From positions 118,340 through 182,339 of the IMG/VR virus record IMGVR_UViG_3300032229_000533: DNA of 64,000 nt; one strand, given 5' to 3'. The stretch comes from a virus. A program made the translations under genes and the position numbers. The notes beneath the pieces were generated by a model. That model had not been told where the DNA came from. It saw only the letters and a program-made list of their open reading frames with translations, and did not search any database. Below are positions 53,546 to 63,010 of the stretch, one piece after another. Within the stretch, counting starts at the first letter, position 1, and every line of letters starts with the position of its first letter.

Positions 53546-53745
53546 TGATTAGAATTTTAACTTTATTAGTATTACTTATGATGAGCTCGTGTAAGAAAGA
53601 CGAGCTTATTCCTAGTAATACCATCACAACACCTAAAGTTATTGAAATAAAAAAGGAGGGAAAAGTCCCTCCAAAAAAAAGAAAATTTAGACTCTTTAAA
53701 AGAAAGAGATGTAAAGTTGTAAAATCTTGCTCGCAAACTGTCTAA
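53545..53745 (+). CDS. Small basic lipoprotein
   Basis: LLVLLMMSS-C lipobox-like signal. Confidence 0.6.
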   Translation: MIRILTLLVLLMMSSCKKDELIPSNTITTPKVIEIKKEGKVPPKKRKFRLFKRKRCKVVKSCSQTV

Positions 53746-54304
53746 TCAAACGATTAACTTTATCTAATTCAATTTCAATTCCTTCAGATTCCATATATTT
53801 TAAGACACCTTGAATCATTTTATTTTTAGATTCATCCGCCATTTCTAAAACTTCTTGAAAATCTTCATTGTCTTCTTGGTTTTCACCATAATATCTATCA
53901 ATCCATTCTCTACCTGAATATAAAAATGGTTGGGATTGTAACATATTAACAGGACTTGCGTTTCTTAATTTTTTTAAGAACTCTCTTAAAAATCTCCAGT
54001 CAAAGTTATCAAATACTTCAGGATTTTTACTAAAATATTCATATTCAGAAGTACCAACTTGTTCTTCAAGAGTTTCTTGAGCAATTTTAACCCAAGTGTC
54101 AGATGCACTAACTAGCGCTAAGGAACTACCATTATCCCATCTAACCTGAATCAATTCATTATCTCGTTCAAATGGGTCTATACCAACATTACCTACGGTT
54201 CCTGTAGTTCCCATCGGTACTGAGGTCTCACCTTCCATATGAAGACACATGATTCTATCACCTTTAATTAATTTTGGGTTTAACTCTTTGTTTGATTTAC
54301 TCAT
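53696..54304 (-). CDS. DUF4314-like domain protein
   Basis: GDRIMCLHM...PMGTTGTV...VRWDNGSSLALV...D.W. Confidence 0.7.
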   Translation of the reverse strand: MSKSNKELNPKLIKGDRIMCLHMEGETSVPMGTTGTVGNVGIDPFERDNELIQVRWDNGSSLALVSASDTWVKIAQETLEEQVGTSEYEYFSKNPEVFDNFDWRFLREFLKKLRNASPVNMLQSQPFLYSGREWIDRYYGENQEDNEDFQEVLEMADESKNKMIQGVLKYMESEGIEIELDKVNRLIRQFASKILQLYISFF

Positions 54305-54337
54305 AACAATAAATATCTTTAGTATATTTATAATTAT

Positions 54338-54958
54338 ATGGATTTTTTAATTAACGAATCTCAACTGAGAGTTATTTTACAAGAACAAGACCAATCAAAG
54401 ATGAGTGATTACATGAAAGAATTGTATTCATTCACAAGCAATCTTGTTAACAAAGCTAAAAAAACTTATGGGTTAAATCTAAAGTTACTTTTAACTTGGG
54501 GAGCGTCTGTTGGTGGTTTAGTTATGCCATTAGATAGTTTTATAAGAACAGGTAGATTTGAATTAACAGATGAACAAGCAACCTTAATCTTAATTGGTGT
54601 TGCATGTACATATTTCTACGATAACGTAAAAACTCTTAAAACAATATTAACTAAAATTAAAGAAGAAGGTTTAGAAGATACGTTTAAAGAAGTATTGGTT
54701 AAATCAAGAAATTTAAAAAATTCATTTTCTAAATTTTTAGAATCCGCTAATGTAACTTTAGGGTCAACATTAGACTTAGTTACGTATTCATTTTTAATTC
54801 CAATTATTGGAGATATTCAATCGGCAATTATGGAAGGGGCGGACTTACAAACAACTTCTATGACAATCGCTAAAAGATTAGTTGCGTCAGGTGTTGTACT
54901 TGTTGGTCAGATTGTTCTAACAGACACAATCAAAAAAATTCTTAAGAAATTTCAATAA
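54338..54958 (+). CDS. Hypothetical membrane-associated protein
   Basis: 206 aa; N-terminal LINESQLRVILQEQ; hydrophobic helices; TATTTATA upstream. Confidence 0.7.
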   Translation: MDFLINESQLRVILQEQDQSKMSDYMKELYSFTSNLVNKAKKTYGLNLKLLLTWGASVGGLVMPLDSFIRTGRFELTDEQATLILIGVACTYFYDNVKTLKTILTKIKEEGLEDTFKEVLVKSRNLKNSFSKFLESANVTLGSTLDLVTYSFLIPIIGDIQSAIMEGADLQTTSMTIAKRLVASGVVLVGQIVLTDTIKKILKKFQ

Positions 54959-55697
54959 ACATTTCAGGTTTAAAATCGTAACTGGTACTATTACCATCAG
55001 CCAGAACTTCCATACCATCTATTTTGTTTATCCAATATTGTGCATTGATAAAAACCTCAATGTTTTCAATTTTTATACTTGGTTCCAAAACAGTATAAAT
55101 AATATCTTGTATCTTATCTCTAAATCTATTTGACTCTTGAAGTTTTTCGTTAAATACTTCTCCAAATTCATCAAACCTTTTTTCGTTTATACGTACAGGT
55201 GTACCATTATATTCAATTCTACCAATATTGTATATTAAATAAAAATCTATGTATTGATGGGAGTCCATTAAATAAAATTTTTTCCTATCTTTATTACGAG
55301 AAAATGAAATTACTGTACGAACCTCTGAAACATCGTGAGAGTTAGATAATGTTACCTGTTTAACATTCTCATTTAATGAACGCATTATTTCATCACAATC
55401 TTCTTCATTTATATACAAACCATTTTCAGGGATAGGTTTACCCTCAACTAAAATGTTTTCTGTATAAGAAATTCCTTCACCAATATATTTTGAGGCATTT
55501 TCTATAATACCACTAATGTCGTAACTAAATTTTTCTACAACAAAAGATTGACCTTTTTTAGGTAATAAGACATTTACCGTAAATTTAATCGCCCAATCAC
55601 TATCAGGTTCTACCGATATAAATTGATATTCAAAACCATTTTCAAAAAATGGTTGGGACATTAAAAATTTTTTGACAATAGGTGCAACTCTATTCAT
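54942..55697 (-). CDS. Hypothetical protein
   Basis: 251 aa ORF. Confidence 0.65.
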   Translation of the reverse strand: MNRVAPIVKKFLMSQPFFENGFEYQFISVEPDSDWAIKFTVNVLLPKKGQSFVVEKFSYDISGIIENASKYIGEGISYTENILVEGKPIPENGLYINEEDCDEIMRSLNENVKQVTLSNSHDVSEVRTVISFSRNKDRKKFYLMDSHQYIDFYLIYNIGRIEYNGTPVRINEKRFDEFGEVFNEKLQESNRFRDKIQDIIYTVLEPSIKIENIEVFINAQYWINKIDGMEVLADGNSTSYDFKPEMFIEIS

Positions 55698-56692
55698 TAC
55701 GCTAACTCAAGAATTCGGTTTATTACAACCTCAACATTTTTTGGGGATAATCTGTGTTTTAATTGGTTCTTGTTAAACCAACTTCTAATCACATCTTCTA
55801 AAGGTTTTCTTTCTTTTTTGGCTCTTCTTTTAAAACCAGCAATTTGAGCTTCTAACTCATGTTTTTGAGTGTAATATTTTAAAGGTTGTTTTGGTTCTTT
55901 GGTTGGTATATCATCTCCTCTTTCATATTGAATAATATGTTCCAACTCATGTCTAATTAATTCATTAAGTTCAAAATGAAGTTCTTCCAGTATTTCTCTA
56001 TCAAGATTTGGATTAGTTACAATTAAAATTTCTATGACATCCTCATCAGGGTAATATGCTCCGTCAACATCAACGGTTTCAACTTCATCACTAACTTTTA
56101 ATGATAACTCAATAGTAAATTCAGATTCTATTTGCGGGAATTTATACGCCATACCTTGACTAACATCTTCAGGTAATTCAAATTCACCTTCTTTTTGATA
56201 CTTTATAGTACCTAAAACATCTCTAACAAGTTGTTTAACAATACTATCGTATTTACCCTCTGTAATCAAACTTTCTGTCATATACTTTGGGTCAATTTTA
56301 ACAACGTTATTTACAACTCTTGTACAAGTAACATAATTGTCTATATCCCAATACTTCAAGAAATTACGTAAAACATCGTTTACCTTAACAGTTAATAAAT
56401 AAAATGTTGTATCCGTATTTGATAATTTATAATCGTGTGTTTTTAAAGCAGCAAATTGATAACCATATATTCCACGACCAAAATTACTATCAATATCTTC
56501 TAAAAATAAAGTGTATTCAATAAAGTCTTTCCATTCCCCAACTGAAATCATTGGTTTAACACCCGTTAATTGTAATTTAACGGTAAGATTCATTTCTTCA
56601 TTTAATCCATCACCAAAAGGGTTTTGGATTACAAATGAATGGTCTTTAAAAAACTCATTTAATCTTTCTATTGGGAAATCTATTGGTGTCAT
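55697..56692 (-). CDS. Protein with C-terminal HExxH zincin-like domain
   Basis: LIRHELEHIIQ...KHELEAQ. Confidence 0.7.
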   Translation of the reverse strand: MTPIDFPIERLNEFFKDHSFVIQNPFGDGLNEEMNLTVKLQLTGVKPMISVGEWKDFIEYTLFLEDIDSNFGRGIYGYQFAALKTHDYKLSNTDTTFYLLTVKVNDVLRNFLKYWDIDNYVTCTRVVNNVVKIDPKYMTESLITEGKYDSIVKQLVRDVLGTIKYQKEGEFELPEDVSQGMAYKFPQIESEFTIELSLKVSDEVETVDVDGAYYPDEDVIEILIVTNPNLDREILEELHFELNELIRHELEHIIQYERGDDIPTKEPKQPLKYYTQKHELEAQIAGFKRRAKKERKPLEDVIRSWFNKNQLKHRLSPKNVEVVINRILELA

Positions 56693-56706
56693 TAGTTATA
56701 AATACT

Positions 56707-57129
56707 TCAAAATGGAAATGATAACCCGACTCCATATCTAAAACCGTTAGAATAATTTAACCCAAGTGAAAAATCTAAACTTTTTTTATCTTTGGTTATC
56801 ATTCGTATTGGATAAATTTTAACCCAAACATCTGGAATCATATCAATATTGTCATAATATGATTCTAAAAAAGCACCAGCCATAATACTATATGTGTTGT
56901 CTTTGTTAACATAAGTCAACCCAATTCTATTCATCATTGACATTGGTGTTGTATAGATATATGGTTGAGGTAGGGTTGTCATATAGTAACCTCCAACATA
57001 TACACCGACTTGTTTAAAATTATATGACCCAACTAAACTGTTTTGGTCAGGAATATAAAGTATATCTGTTTGTTGTGCCTTCGCAGGCAATGTCAAAAGT
57101 AGGAATACGATAATTGTTAATTTTTTCAT
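56707..57129 (-). CDS. Secreted, small outer-membrane beta-barrel-like protein
   Basis: Signal peptide ..PAKA-Q; alternating aromatic strands; C-terminal Phe (YGVGLSFPF). Confidence 0.55.
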   Translation of the reverse strand: MKKLTIIVFLLLTLPAKAQQTDILYIPDQNSLVGSYNFKQVGVYVGGYYMTTLPQPYIYTTPMSMMNRIGLTYVNKDNTYSIMAGAFLESYYDNIDMIPDVWVKIYPIRMITKDKKSLDFSLGLNYSNGFRYGVGLSFPF

Positions 57130-57198
57130 GCAACAAATATACTTAAAATATTTGATTCTTGAAAAAGAATATTCTATCTTTTAAAAAATTTAAAGCAC

Positions 57199-58176
57199 AT
57201 GTCTAAGATTGAAGAGCTAAAAAAACAAAACCCTACATTGGTTGTTGATGTGATTGGTATTATTGACCAACTATTTGATAAATCAAAGTATACTGAGATG
57301 GCAGTTAATTTGATTAAAAATAAAATCTCAAATCAAAATCCACACATTGAAGATATTGTCAATGAATTGACTCGTGAATACGGGTTTAAAAAAGAAGATT
57401 TAAAATTAAAATCTAATCAAGAAATTCTTAACATATTTAAAGTTATTTCTGATTATTTTGGTTATAATAATTTTAATGTTATTAAAAAATTTATTGAACT
57501 TAATGAGAGAAAATTAATTGTTAATAACGATTTAACCTCTTATAAAACATTTGATGAATTAGAACTTCAAATGTCTTTAGCATCTTTAAAGTTAATTGAC
57601 AAAGAGATGGAGAAACAAGTCCAAAAATTATATGAAACTGATGAATGGTTGGTAATTAAACCTTTATCATTTTTGGCTTCTAAAAAATATGGCTCGAACA
57701 CTAAATGGTGTACAACTAATGAGAACAATCCTGAATATTATTTAAAGTATTCAAGAAGAGGGATTTTAATTTATTGTATTAATAAAATTAGTGGAGATAA
57801 AGTCGCAGCATTTAAAAGTCTTGATGACTCATATGAAAAAGAAACCTCATTTTGGAATTTAGTTGACCAAAGAATTGATTCGTTAGAGTCAGGGTTGCCC
57901 AATGAAGTGATGATTTTAATTAAAAATGAATTCACTAACACAAAACAATCAAATTGGGATATTTTATCGGATGATGAGAAAAATAATCAAGTTTTATGGT
58001 TAGAAAACGAATATTATAGTAAAAAATCATCATACGATAATGAGGCAGTTATGGAAGAACCAATGATTTATGAGACGGAAGGACCAAGATTGGAAGAAGG
58101 TAATAGAACTAGACGAGCAAGAATTGTACCAATGGTTGCACCAAGATTTGATGATATACCAACACAAGCTGGTTAA
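57199..58176 (+). CDS. Hypothetical protein of the YG..T(K/R)WCT family
   Basis: LVIKPLSFLASKKYGSNTKWCT. Confidence 0.75.
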   Translation: MSKIEELKKQNPTLVVDVIGIIDQLFDKSKYTEMAVNLIKNKISNQNPHIEDIVNELTREYGFKKEDLKLKSNQEILNIFKVISDYFGYNNFNVIKKFIELNERKLIVNNDLTSYKTFDELELQMSLASLKLIDKEMEKQVQKLYETDEWLVIKPLSFLASKKYGSNTKWCTTNENNPEYYLKYSRRGILIYCINKISGDKVAAFKSLDDSYEKETSFWNLVDQRIDSLESGLPNEVMILIKNEFTNTKQSNWDILSDDEKNNQVLWLENEYYSKKSSYDNEAVMEEPMIYETEGPRLEEGNRTRRARIVPMVAPRFDDIPTQAG

Positions 58177-58442
58177 TCAAACTCTTCAATTTCAACTACT
58201 AATCTATCATCTCCTTTAATAACACGATGCCAAGCAAATTTCGGAATGAATATTTGTTTGGCATTTTCTAATTTGTTTGGCAATTCGTTTTCCATTTGGA
58301 ATGACCATCCATTACCCTCAATAACTGTAACTTTTCGGTCTTTAAGGTCTTGATGCCATTTTAATTCATCTTCCTCAACATCAGGACTAAATGTCCTAAC
58401 TATTTTACCTTCTTTTTCTATCTGTTCAAATGGGAAATCCAT
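58173..58442 (-). CDS. Small cupin-like protein
   Basis: Start moved to MDFPF; WHQD...EGNGWSFQ...WHRVIKG. Confidence 0.65.
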   Translation of the reverse strand: MDFPFEQIEKEGKIVRTFSPDVEEDELKWHQDLKDRKVTVIEGNGWSFQMENELPNKLENAKQIFIPKFAWHRVIKGDDRLVVEIEEFD

Positions 58443-58443
58443 A

Positions 58444-58737
58444 TTAAAATAACGGTCTTTTATTCCAATAAATGTGTAGATTCTTGTCAACACCTAACAT
58501 TCTAAAAAAACTTGATATATCAGAATTAATTTTATGAGTAAAACTTCCTTTAGACCAATCTGGGTCCATATCTAAAAAAAAGTTTATTCTGTTCGGATTT
58601 GCTTCACCATAATTTATTTTATATATGGTAACATTTATTGGTTCGTCATCTTCACCAACTAATTCATTATTAAGTTCTGGAATTATAACATCATCAAGAT
58701 ATACTTGTAAGTATTTTTTAATTTTATCTATTTCCAT
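58444..58737 (-). CDS. Hypothetical protein
   Basis: Start at MEIDK. Confidence 0.6.
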   Translation of the reverse strand: MEIDKIKKYLQVYLDDVIIPELNNELVGEDDEPINVTIYKINYGEANPNRINFFLDMDPDWSKGSFTHKINSDISSFFRMLGVDKNLHIYWNKRPLF

Positions 58738-59360
58738 TACCAAGAATTTGAAGATGATAGTCCTAATTGTTTTGCATAACGACCAACGTTACAAGACCAA
58801 TATCCTGCAGTAGTTCTGTCTTTTTTATCTTTACAATTATGTCTAGCTCTAAATGATTTTGCGGCTTTCTTATTGGCATTCTTAACTCTTAAACCAGGGT
58901 CACCAAATGTTACTTTTTTAATTCCACCGCCTGGTTTTCTTACATATACTGCGAATTTTTTAGGACCACCAGGTGTTCTGAATGGTTTACCAACATTAAC
59001 TTTTTTTCCACGGTGCTCAGCCTCAGCTAAAATATCTTCCTCAGTTTCTGTTTCATAGATGTAAGGGGCGTCTAAATAGATATACTCTTTACCAATTTTA
59101 ACTTTTTTACCTAAATCAGATTCAACCATCAAACGGTCTTCTTCATTTAAGTCAATTTTACCTTTATTGTAAAGTTCTCTAACTTCATTAACCAAATCAA
59201 AATAACTTTCAGAATAAACTCTGAAAACATTATCAGTTAATGACATACCATTATCAATATGATATTTTAATGCATCAGACACCTCAACATTTTCTTTCAA
59301 TAACAAAGTTTTATCTAATTGTGTCTCTAAAGCCTCTTTAATTAATTCACGTAAATTCAT
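58737..59360 (-). CDS. Conserved phage protein with basic C-terminal domain
   Basis: KKFAVYV...KKVTFGD...KSFRARHNC...AGYWSC. Confidence 0.72.
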   Translation of the reverse strand: MNLRELIKEALETQLDKTLLLKENVEVSDALKYHIDNGMSLTDNVFRVYSESYFDLVNEVRELYNKGKIDLNEEDRLMVESDLGKKVKIGKEYIYLDAPYIYETETEEDILAEAEHRGKKVNVGKPFRTPGGPKKFAVYVRKPGGGIKKVTFGDPGLRVKNANKKAAKSFRARHNCKDKKDRTTAGYWSCNVGRYAKQLGLSSSNSW

Positions 59361-59399
59361 TATCTTTTTCTTTTAAAATAAATAGTTTATATTTGCAGT

Positions 59400-59597
59400 A
59401 TGAAAATACTATTAGGAATTTTTTTAATTATAATACGAATTGTTGTTGCCATCAAAATAATATCTTGGATGATTCAAGAATATAACTACCCTGAACTACA
59501 TTCAATATCTGAGGTGGAGTTTTATTTGGTATTTTTGATTTTTGATACTTGGATTTCAATATCAAATAGTGGTATTGAAATCACTAACAAAAATTAA
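59400..59597 (+). CDS. Small membrane protein
   Basis: Two hydrophobic segments; TATATTTG box upstream. Confidence 0.6.
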   Translation: MKILLGIFLIIIRIVVAIKIISWMIQEYNYPELHSISEVEFYLVFLIFDTWISISNSGIEITNKN

Positions 59598-60691
59598 GGT
59601 TTTAAAACTGCAATAACTTCAGGATAATCTTTATCCAATACTTGTTCATTTTTACCTTCATAAGGTATATTTTGAAGCACGTATCTAATTGCGTTTAACC
59701 CTGAAACTCTTTTGTCTTCCGCATCAACAATAACCCATGGGTTATTAACGGTTGATGTCTTATCAAATAATTTTTCTTTGAACTCTGTGAATCTATCCCA
59801 CAGGTCTTGCATTTTAGAATCGTTTGGTGAATATTTCCAATATTTTAATGGAGATTGTTGTCTAATATCAAATCTTCTTTTTTGAGTGTCTTTGTCAATT
59901 GAAAACCATAATTTAAATAGGTAATCACCTTCTTTAACCAAATCGTTTTCAAAGTTTTCAACATTTTCCATAAAATCTTCGTACTCTTCGGGTGAACCAT
60001 AACCCATTACAGGTTCAATTAAACCTCTATTGTACCAACTTCTATCAAATAAGTTAATCATACCAGGTTTAATTTGGTTTCTATATCTTCCCCACCAATC
60101 GGCTCTGTCTTCAGGTGTAGGTACACCTAATGCAATAATATTATAGTATCTTGGATTTAAATTTTCAACAAATTTTTTGATTGTTGAACCTTTGCCCGCT
60201 GAATCTCTACCTTCAAAAACAATAATAACTGTTTTACCTGTTTGCTTTAACCATTCTTGAAGTTTTAATAATTCAACTTGCATTTCATAAAGTTCTTTCT
60301 TAAAAACTTTCTTTGGGACAATGGATGGCTCCTCAATTTCAAACTCATAGTCTTCACTTTCAGGCTCCGAACCGTATCCACTACGTTCTCTATATTTTAA
60401 TGATGTAATTATTTTTCCAAAGTAATCTTGAGCATTTTTTCGTTTATCACCTTTTTTTAATAAAATTTTTCTTAATCCTCTTTCAAGTAATCCAAAATCA
60501 ATAACTTGGTTATTAGCAATGTAACTAATCTCCATTAACATATTTTCAATTGTTTTATTATATAATTTCAAATATCTTAAAATATCAACAGTTTGTTTTA
60601 AGTTGACATTCATTTGTTTTTTGGTCTCTTCGGCTTCTTTGATGATTCCCATCACAGATTGAATTCTTTCTATTTCACTTAATAACCTCAT
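59594..60691 (-). CDS. ppk2: Polyphosphate kinase 2 with about 120-aa N-terminal extension
   Basis: FEGRDSAGKG (Walker A), FDRSWYNR (Walker B), WFSIDKDTQKRRF (lid), PWVIVDAEDKR. Confidence 0.93.
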   Translation of the reverse strand: MRLLSEIERIQSVMGIIKEAEETKKQMNVNLKQTVDILRYLKLYNKTIENMLMEISYIANNQVIDFGLLERGLRKILLKKGDKRKNAQDYFGKIITSLKYRERSGYGSEPESEDYEFEIEEPSIVPKKVFKKELYEMQVELLKLQEWLKQTGKTVIIVFEGRDSAGKGSTIKKFVENLNPRYYNIIALGVPTPEDRADWWGRYRNQIKPGMINLFDRSWYNRGLIEPVMGYGSPEEYEDFMENVENFENDLVKEGDYLFKLWFSIDKDTQKRRFDIRQQSPLKYWKYSPNDSKMQDLWDRFTEFKEKLFDKTSTVNNPWVIVDAEDKRVSGLNAIRYVLQNIPYEGKNEQVLDKDYPEVIAVLKP

Positions 60692-60712
60692 TTAATTTTT
60701 ATTATAAATACT

Positions 60713-63010
60713 TTATTGTGAAGAAGATGATAGGTCTGTGTCACCTAAAACAATATATTTGATGTTTAGTGTGACTGAAGACGTTATAAAATTAACAGTA
60801 AAATTTGACGAAGGTGTTATTGTGTTAAAATTACTTAATGTCATTGTAGAATAATCTGACGCAGTAAACCAATAAATTGTATTAAAAGTAATCATTCCTG
60901 ATAAATTTGTTGATAACAAATATCCATCATCAATGTACACCTTACCATCACCATTAATGTCACCAGCTCTCATTTTAGGACCCGTGGTTAACACCAAACC
61001 TGGTGCTAGTACTGGTGGAACACTTACATTTTTAGCTTCATCTAAAAGGATAGTTAGGTCCGTTGTTGTTAATGTTGGTGAATATGATGGAACTACTTTA
61101 TAAGTTGTATTATAACTTGTTGGGTTTAAAGTGTATGTTCCTGTAGTACCCACAGTAACGGTTTGAATCAGTGTTTCAACTCCACCAATTACTGAATAAA
61201 GTTTAACTGTTGGTCTAACCGATAGTCCCGTTGGAATTGATATTGTCCCACTAATAGTTTCAGGAATAATAGTTACAGTACCTGACGATGAATATGCAAA
61301 TCCACAAGTTCCACTTGTTAATTGAACTCTAAATAAAGTTTTAACTGTAATATTGGTGTAACTATGACTTGTAGTTGTGTTTGAAATGTCAGTCCATGTA
61401 ATACCGTCATTTGTTGAACGTTGCCATTTAACAATGGTGCCACTATGACTTGATAATGTTAATGTACCTGAATTTGTAGTACTTGAATGTGTGTTAGATG
61501 AAACGGAGCCACCAACAGGAGGTGTTCCTGATGTTACGGTAATTGTTTTTGAACTTGTGTTTACCGCGGCTCCACATCCAACAGTTTGAATCTCGGCACG
61601 ATAATAATAAGTTCCCGAAGATGCAATTGTTTCATTTAAAGTTGATGTTGTATTTGAAATATCAGTCCAAGTAATATTATTAGTTGACCTTTGCCATTTA
61701 TTAACACTTCCTTGGTTCCCCGATAGAGATAGCTCAACAAGTCCTCCAGCACAAATACTATTATTGATTGCGGTTATGTTACCTGCAATTGTTGGTCTTG
61801 CGGTTATATAAACACTTGATGAAGCCAATCCTGAACAAGTTGTTGGTGATGTTGAATTAACTATGACTCTATAATATGTTGTTTTTGTTACATTAGTTGC
61901 AGTATATGTTGGAGATGTACTTGAAATTGCAATTCCCGCGGTAAAAAAGTTATCAAACGAATATTCCCATCTAACAATACTTCCTGTATAATTTGTCAAT
62001 GTTAATGTAGTACTATTTGAGGTTGATGGGCAAACATTAACATCCCCACCTGTTATAATACCACTTGATTGACCACTAATAGAAATATTTCTTGTAAAAA
62101 TTGTTGTGTTACTTGTAATGTCACCTGTACTACCACCATATTCACAAATATATCCTGGTAAGATACTGTTTGGTAAGTCATTCCATTGACCATTATTTGA
62201 CGAATAGAATTGACCATAATGTTCATTACCTGAGTTATTTGGCTCACCACCCGCCCATTTAGCGTATTGACCTGAAACCGTTACAGGACTAAAATTCCCA
62301 TTTGAAAAAAGTGTACCCTTTTCAGGACCAGTAACCCAATGCCATTTACCTTCAACCGCCGTTTGAGATGCATAGGTTGTTGCCCCCAAAGCACCATTAA
62401 CAGCTGTGACTTCATCACACGCACCAAACCAAGCATCACTTGACATTAACTTCCATATAAAGTTATTTTCTGCTTCAGATAATATGGTTGCCAAGTATCC
62501 AACTTTACCAAAATATGACCTACCTTCTGCAGATGTTTTTGAATTAGTCCAAGTTATACTTCCTGAAACATATTCATAATAATTGTCAGTTAATGGGTTA
62601 TAAAATACTGTACCAGCAACAAATGTTATTCGTCTAAGTGCCGCATAACAAGTTGAACTTGTAGACCTAAATCTAACCGTTCTAAGTAATGTTTGCCAAT
62701 TAGACGCTGTTGTGGTACCGTTGAATACTAAAATTCCTGTAGTTGTATTAAAAGATGCGGTAATTCCTGTTGGTAATGTTCCCGTATAATCTAATACATC
62801 ACCTGAAGTATAAGTTTGAGAAATTTGAACCCTAAACCCTGTAATATTACCATTTGAAGTGATAGTTAAGTTGGGGTCAACGGTTGTTGCGGTATTATAA
62901 GTTGCCGACAAATTTGAGGAGGTACCACCTAAAGTTACGGTTGTCGCTTGTCCCACACATAAGGACGGAAATAAAAATAATGTAATTAATATTAAAAAAA
63001 AGTTTCTCAT
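60713..63010 (-). CDS. Secreted adhesin-like protein: Ig/cadherin-like, C-type lectin and dockerin-like EF-hand motif
   Basis: Signal peptide; GYLATILS..EN...W.G...WAGGEPNN...WND lectin signature; two repeated Ig-like modules (G.I.KWQRS.N..TWTDI); AGDINGDGKV. Confidence 0.75.
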   Translation of the reverse strand: MRNFFLILITLFLFPSLCVGQATTVTLGGTSSNLSATYNTATTVDPNLTITSNGNITGFRVQISQTYTSGDVLDYTGTLPTGITASFNTTTGILVFNGTTTASNWQTLLRTVRFRSTSSTCYAALRRITFVAGTVFYNPLTDNYYEYVSGSITWTNSKTSAEGRSYFGKVGYLATILSEAENNFIWKLMSSDAWFGACDEVTAVNGALGATTYASQTAVEGKWHWVTGPEKGTLFSNGNFSPVTVSGQYAKWAGGEPNNSGNEHYGQFYSSNNGQWNDLPNSILPGYICEYGGSTGDITSNTTIFTRNISISGQSSGIITGGDVNVCPSTSNSTTLTLTNYTGSIVRWEYSFDNFFTAGIAISSTSPTYTATNVTKTTYYRVIVNSTSPTTCSGLASSSVYITARPTIAGNITAINNSICAGGLVELSLSGNQGSVNKWQRSTNNITWTDISNTTSTLNETIASSGTYYYRAEIQTVGCGAAVNTSSKTITVTSGTPPVGGSVSSNTHSSTTNSGTLTLSSHSGTIVKWQRSTNDGITWTDISNTTTSHSYTNITVKTLFRVQLTSGTCGFAYSSSGTVTIIPETISGTISIPTGLSVRPTVKLYSVIGGVETLIQTVTVGTTGTYTLNPTSYNTTYKVVPSYSPTLTTTDLTILLDEAKNVSVPPVLAPGLVLTTGPKMRAGDINGDGKVYIDDGYLLSTNLSGMITFNTIYWFTASDYSTMTLSNFNTITPSSNFTVNFITSSVTLNIKYIVLGDTDLSSSSQ

